Positions 34,434-37,969 of a DNA stretch of 37,969 nucleotides are shown here, in pieces. Position 1 is the stretch's first letter. The number at the start of each line of letters is the position of its first letter. The DNA is from an uncultured Bacteriovoracaceae bacterium. Its GTDB lineage: Bacteria; Desulfobacterota; Desulfomonilia; UBA1062. The stretch covers positions 1 to 37,969 of the forward strand of contig CAYGXB010000002.1 in the NCBI GenBank assembly GCA_964353605.1, in the 5' to 3' direction. Both the position numbers and the translations under genes were made by a program. Under the pieces are notes generated by a model, which saw only the letters and a program-made list of their open reading frames with translations, was not told the DNA's origin and ran no database searches.

Positions 34434-34460
34434 GGAAAATATAGCAAAAATGGGAGGTTC

Positions 34461-34883
34461 ATGGTGAAGTGCATTAAGGAGATCCGGAAGGCCAAAGGAT
34501 TCACCTTGGAAACGCTTTCCAAACTGTGTGGGGTTTCAGCGAAGACCATATTGCAGTATGAACATGAACCGCCGCAGAGGCCCAGCCAAAAGGTGGTCGA
34601 AAAGCTTTCCAAGGCGCTCGATCTTTCGCCCGATGAGCTCTTGCGGATGATAAAATCGCCCGGTAAAGCAAGGGGAAAGGCCGGGGTGGATGCAATGGTT
34701 GAGCTGAGCGATGAACATATTTCAAGTATCCGCATACTCATCGAGAAGGAGATCCGGGAACTCCAGCTCCTGCTGCTGGATTATGCCGAGCTTCAGGAGC
34801 AGCATCCAGCGCTCAATAAGGCCATGGATTACCTCTCGAACGACATCAATCTCCTGACAGAGATAAAGGGCTTCTTCGCGTGA
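34461..34883 (+). CDS. XRE-family helix-turn-helix transcriptional regulator
   Basis: 140 aa. The N-terminal HTH_3 pattern is IKEIRKAKGFTLETLSKLCGVSAKTILQYE. The C-terminal half is helical. GGGAGG lies upstream. Confidence 0.8.
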   Translation: MVKCIKEIRKAKGFTLETLSKLCGVSAKTILQYEHEPPQRPSQKVVEKLSKALDLSPDELLRMIKSPGKARGKAGVDAMVELSDEHISSIRILIEKEIRELQLLLLDYAELQEQHPALNKAMDYLSNDINLLTEIKGFFA

Positions 34884-34922
34884 TGTCTCCGCGAGGGTAC
34901 GCTCCATAGCGCTCTTCTGAAG

Positions 34923-35579
34923 ATGATCACCATCGAACATGCCACCAAGGTTTATGATGATTCTCTCTATGCCCTGCGGGATGTGAGCATCTCCATAGGA
35001 AAGGAGGAGTGTTGCTTCATCTTGGGGCCCACCGGAGCGGGGAAGACCACCCTCCTCAACCTTATCTTCGGGCTAGACAAGCCATCCAGCGGGAAGGTGG
35101 ATGTGCTGGGACTCGATCCGGCCGGCGCCGATCGTTCCCTGCTCCAGAGCCTCAGGCGGCACATGGGTTTTGTCTTTCAGGATTTTAGGCTCATCGACGA
35201 CTGGAGCGCTTATGATAATATGGCTGTTGTCCTGGAAATGGCCCGCAAACCGTGGGGGTATGTCCGTTCGCGGGTATGGAACGTGTTGGCATGGGTCGGT
35301 TTGCAGCACAAGGTGTACGAAATGGCAGGCGACCTTTCCGGCGGCGAGAGACAGCGCCTGGCCCTTGCACGGGCCATTGTACATGCCCCGGAGATCCTTC
35401 TGGCGGATGAGCCGGTTGGCAGCGTGGACCCAGATACAGCCCAGTTCATGATGAACCTCATCTTCCGGATGAACAAGCGGGGGATGACGGTCGTCATAGC
35501 CAGCCACGGGAGCGACTATCTCCTGGAAGGAGCACGGGTCATTCGTTTGGAGAAGGGCAGGATAAGGGAAGTCCCATGA
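34923..35579 (+). CDS. ftsE: cell division ATP-binding protein FtsE
   Basis: 218 aa. It has Walker A GPTGAGKTT, signature LSGGERQR and Walker B LLADEP. Its end overlaps ftsX (ATGA). Confidence 0.9.
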   Translation: MITIEHATKVYDDSLYALRDVSISIGKEECCFILGPTGAGKTTLLNLIFGLDKPSSGKVDVLGLDPAGADRSLLQSLRRHMGFVFQDFRLIDDWSAYDNMAVVLEMARKPWGYVRSRVWNVLAWVGLQHKVYEMAGDLSGGERQRLALARAIVHAPEILLADEPVGSVDPDTAQFMMNLIFRMNKRGMTVVIASHGSDYLLEGARVIRLEKGRIREVP

Positions 35580-36433
35580 TTCATCCGCGCTATCTCTGCA
35601 AACATCTCGCTCGATCTTTCCTGGCAAGGCCATACGGCAGCCTTTTTGCCCTCCTGGCCTGCACGTTGGCCATTGCCCAGCTTGCTATCACCGTCTATAT
35701 CGTGGATCTCGCCCGTCAGGCAACCCTGCTCCCGGTTTCAGCAAGCTCTATGATCGCCTACCTCAAGGATAAACCACCACCATCGGTGCTTGCAGGGCTT
35801 AAGGACTCCATGGGGAGGATGGAAGGGGTTTCACGAGTGGAGTTCATCCCCAGGCGCGCGGGACTTGAACGCATGAAGCAGTGGCTTGGCCCCGATAACC
35901 CCCTGGTCGAGGATCTGGATCCCGAAGTATTGCCGGATGCCTTTGAGATCCTTCTCAAACAGGAATACCTGATTATGGCACCGGTGATAGCAGGTAAGAT
36001 CAAAGGTTTCCCGGAGATAGAAGACGTCCGCTACAACAAGGGTCTCATGGGACGTATCGCCAGCTCCTATAAGGGAATCCGCAGCGGGGGCATCCTCATC
36101 GCCGCTCTCATCACCCTAAGCTTGGGCCTCATTGTCTTTCTCTCCATCCGGATAACGCTTCTTTCGCGGGGGCAAGAAATAGAGATCCTTGGCATCCTCG
36201 GTGCAGACGCAGCATTCCTTTATGCACCCTATGTCGTGGAGGCCCTGCTATTGGGTATTACCGGTGGAATCCTGGGCAGCCTTGCTGCCAGAGCCGCAAT
36301 CAACGCCGTGTTGACCCACATGACCCTCCTTGAGGGGGTGATAGGCGCCCCGAACATGAGAGAGATGGTGGTGGTCATAGGTTTTGCTGCCCTCTGCAGC
36401 CTTGCCGGGGCACTCATTGCCATTAAGAGGTAA
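35576..36433 (+). CDS. ftsX: cell division permease-like protein FtsX
   Basis: 285 aa. There is one TM helix, then a periplasmic domain, then three C-terminal TM helices. It is coupled to ftsE. Confidence 0.85.
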   Translation: MIHPRYLCKHLARSFLARPYGSLFALLACTLAIAQLAITVYIVDLARQATLLPVSASSMIAYLKDKPPPSVLAGLKDSMGRMEGVSRVEFIPRRAGLERMKQWLGPDNPLVEDLDPEVLPDAFEILLKQEYLIMAPVIAGKIKGFPEIEDVRYNKGLMGRIASSYKGIRSGGILIAALITLSLGLIVFLSIRITLLSRGQEIEILGILGADAAFLYAPYVVEALLLGITGGILGSLAARAAINAVLTHMTLLEGVIGAPNMREMVVVIGFAALCSLAGALIAIKR

Positions 36434-36435
36434 TC

Positions 36436-37488
36436 ATGCACAGGTTCATAGCTGCCATGCTCCTCTTCTTCCTACCCGGTACGGTCTTGGCTTTGACCGA
36501 GGAGCAGAAACTCAAGGAACTGGGGGAAAAGGTCAAGGCGGTGGAAGCCAAGCAGCAGTCCGTGGAGCGAGGTATGCGTTCCATTGACGAGCGGACATAT
36601 GCCATCCGCCAGGATATGGACAGGATGGAGGCGAATATTGAAAAGCGGAAGAAGCTCTTGCGACAATATGGTACGCTCATTAACCAGTACCAGGCATCGC
36701 TTGCGGAAACGAAAAAGCTCCTGCAGAACAAGACAGTTGGTTTTTACAAAGGCGCCTACCTCGACATGGTGGATTTCTCCTTTTCCCATGCAGAACTTGG
36801 CGGTTATCTGGAGGCATCCGTCGCCAGAGACAAACAGGCCCTGGTGTATTACATGCAGGTGAGCAGGATGAAACAGGCCGCCAAAAAGGGGTTGGAAGAG
36901 CAGACCAAAGCATTGAACCAGGAGCTCAGCCAGATCGAGGGAAGGATGAAGGAGCTCAATGCCGAGCGTGTGAAGAAGCGGGTCCTCCTGGCGTCGCTGC
37001 AGCAGGAGTCTTTCTCGTATCAGAACCAGATCGAGCGGCTCATGGAGCGTATCAGGGCACGGGAAAAAGAGCAAAAGATCGAATACACCGGTATAGCCAA
37101 ATACAAGGGCGATCTTCCCTGGCCGGTCAAGGGTGAAGTGGTGCGCCGGTTCGGCAAGTATGCGATGGACGGAGTCGTGCAGATATCCCAGGGGCTCGAT
37201 ATCCAAACCGAGGACGGTGCCGAGGTCAAGAGCATATTTAAGGGCAAGGTCGTCTACATGGGATGGATCGACCGCTACGGGTATACCCTCATTGTGGATC
37301 ATGGCGGGGGGTATTATTCCATCTATGGTCATGTCCGCAGGGCCCTGAAGAACGAGGGCGAGAAGATTGCCGCCCAGGATGCGATTGCTCTGGCTGGCCA
37401 GAGCGGGAACGTCCTGAATCCCACCCTGCATTTCGAGATCCGCTACCACGGCAAAGCCCAGGATCCAAAGGACTGGCTTAAAAAGTAA
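36436..37488 (+). CDS. envC: EnvC-like murein hydrolase activator (coiled coil plus degenerate LytM/M23 domain)
   Basis: 350 aa. It has a signal peptide, ~200 aa of heptad-rich coiled coil and a C-terminal M23 fold. The HxxxD motif reads QGLD and the HxH motif reads TLH, so the metal ligands are missing, as in activator-type dLytM proteins. It follows ftsEX. Confidence 0.8.
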   Translation: MHRFIAAMLLFFLPGTVLALTEEQKLKELGEKVKAVEAKQQSVERGMRSIDERTYAIRQDMDRMEANIEKRKKLLRQYGTLINQYQASLAETKKLLQNKTVGFYKGAYLDMVDFSFSHAELGGYLEASVARDKQALVYYMQVSRMKQAAKKGLEEQTKALNQELSQIEGRMKELNAERVKKRVLLASLQQESFSYQNQIERLMERIRAREKEQKIEYTGIAKYKGDLPWPVKGEVVRRFGKYAMDGVVQISQGLDIQTEDGAEVKSIFKGKVVYMGWIDRYGYTLIVDHGGGYYSIYGHVRRALKNEGEKIAAQDAIALAGQSGNVLNPTLHFEIRYHGKAQDPKDWLKK

Positions 37489-37682
37489 TCACCCTTTAAC
37501 ACTCAGGGGCCTTCGGCATCTTCTATCCAGGCTGTTCGCCCTGGCATCGCTTGAGGAGGTGGCCAGGACGGTGGACCTTGTCTGCCCTTTAGATGCAAGG
37601 AGGTCAGGGGGGAAGCAAAGAGAATCTTTAATATTCTCAAATGATGTGCTATATAGACCGATAATTCAATCCAGGAGCTCAT

Positions 37683-37969
37683 ATGAAGAAAGGCAAGGTA
37701 TTCTGGCCCGTTGTTTTCGTGTTGATCAGTGTGTTGTGCATCTTCTGCCTGAACAAGAGCATGGTGCTCAATGCGGACACCATGAAGATCTACCCCCAGC
37801 TCGAAAAATTCACCGATTGTCTCGAAAAGATCCAAAAATATTATGTGGAGGAGGTTCCACCCGAGAAGCTCATCGAGGGGGCGATCAAGGGCATGACTTC
37901 CGTGCTCGATCCGCATTCCGCCTATCTCACCAAGGAAGGATACAAGGAGATGCAGATCTCGACCACCGG
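37683..37969 (+). CDS. ctpA: carboxy-terminal processing protease (S41 family), 5' part only
   Basis: This is not in the ORF track because it runs off the window. The ATG at 37683 follows AGGAG (37673-37677). My own translation reads MKKGKVFWPVVFVLISVLCIF...YVEEVPPEKLIEGAIKGMTSVLDPHSAYLTKEGYKEMQ, a typical S41 N-terminal region. Confidence 0.75.
   Translation, partial: MKKGKVFWPVVFVLISVLCIFCLNKSMVLNADTMKIYPQLEKFTDCLEKIQKYYVEEVPPEKLIEGAIKGMTSVLDPHSAYLTKEGYKEMQISTT

Noticed and set aside
36472-37449. A 325-aa minus-strand ORF opposite the envC-like gene.
   Set aside because: It is the antisense shadow of a coiled-coil gene. Repetitive E/K/L/Q codons read as L/F/Q/E on the other strand. It has no start context.
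36436-37488. The M23 protein as an active peptidoglycan endopeptidase.
   Set aside because: The zinc-ligand motifs are degenerate: QGLD replaces HxxxD and TLH replaces HxH. The gene also follows ftsEX. Both points fit an EnvC-type amidase activator rather than an active hydrolase.

Overview
This is about 38 kb of chromosomal DNA with mid-50s % GC by eye and a strong G/C preference at third codon positions inside genes. The host is a flagellated, LPS-bearing, sigma-54-containing bacterium. The gene orders pyrG-kdsA-kdsC-lptC-lptA-lptB-rpoN-hpf and xerC-hslV-hslU resemble Desulfobacterota- or Nitrospirota-like lineages, but the taxon cannot be fixed from the sequence alone. I call 36 protein-coding genes, one of them 3'-partial. 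I see no rRNA, tRNA, CRISPR array, transposase or prophage signature. All product names come from motif recognition in the supplied translations; no homology search was possible.

Gene blocks:
- 0.1-3.2 kb: small accessory genes. These are a zincin-like peptidase, a membrane-anchored beta-propeller-like protein, an iron-sulfur flavoprotein and a frame-disrupted hypothetical.
- 3.4-7.1 kb (+): a translationally coupled xerC-hslV-hslU-OB/HD nuclease operon.
- 7.3-13.9 kb (-): the pyrG to hpf housekeeping operon.
- 14.0-22.8 kb: a TetR regulator divergent from two acyl-CoA dehydrogenases and a long-chain acyl-CoA synthetase, followed by a lipoprotein type-B carboxylesterase and an acyltransferase-3 protein.
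- 22.9-34.0 kb (-): an 11-gene motility operon, flhB-flhA-flhF-flhG-fliA-cheY-fliL-like-HEAT-HDOD-cheR-cheY-like.
- 34.4-38.0 kb (+): XRE regulator-ftsE-ftsX-envC-like-ctpA (partial).

I do not see a clear-cut novel multi-gene system such as a defence, toxin or mobile module. The least explained items are:
- two copies of a ~115-nt structured intergenic element (1933-2045 and 13928-14046), part of a wider ATTC-poly(C)/poly(G) hairpin family;
- the HEAT/HDOD/CheR/CheY tail of the flagellar operon, which has no CheA, CheW or MCP nearby;
- an adjacent acyl-CoA dehydrogenase pair whose first member has degenerate cofactor motifs;
- a frame switch inside ORF 2675-3133.

All of these are hypotheses that need database and experimental checks.
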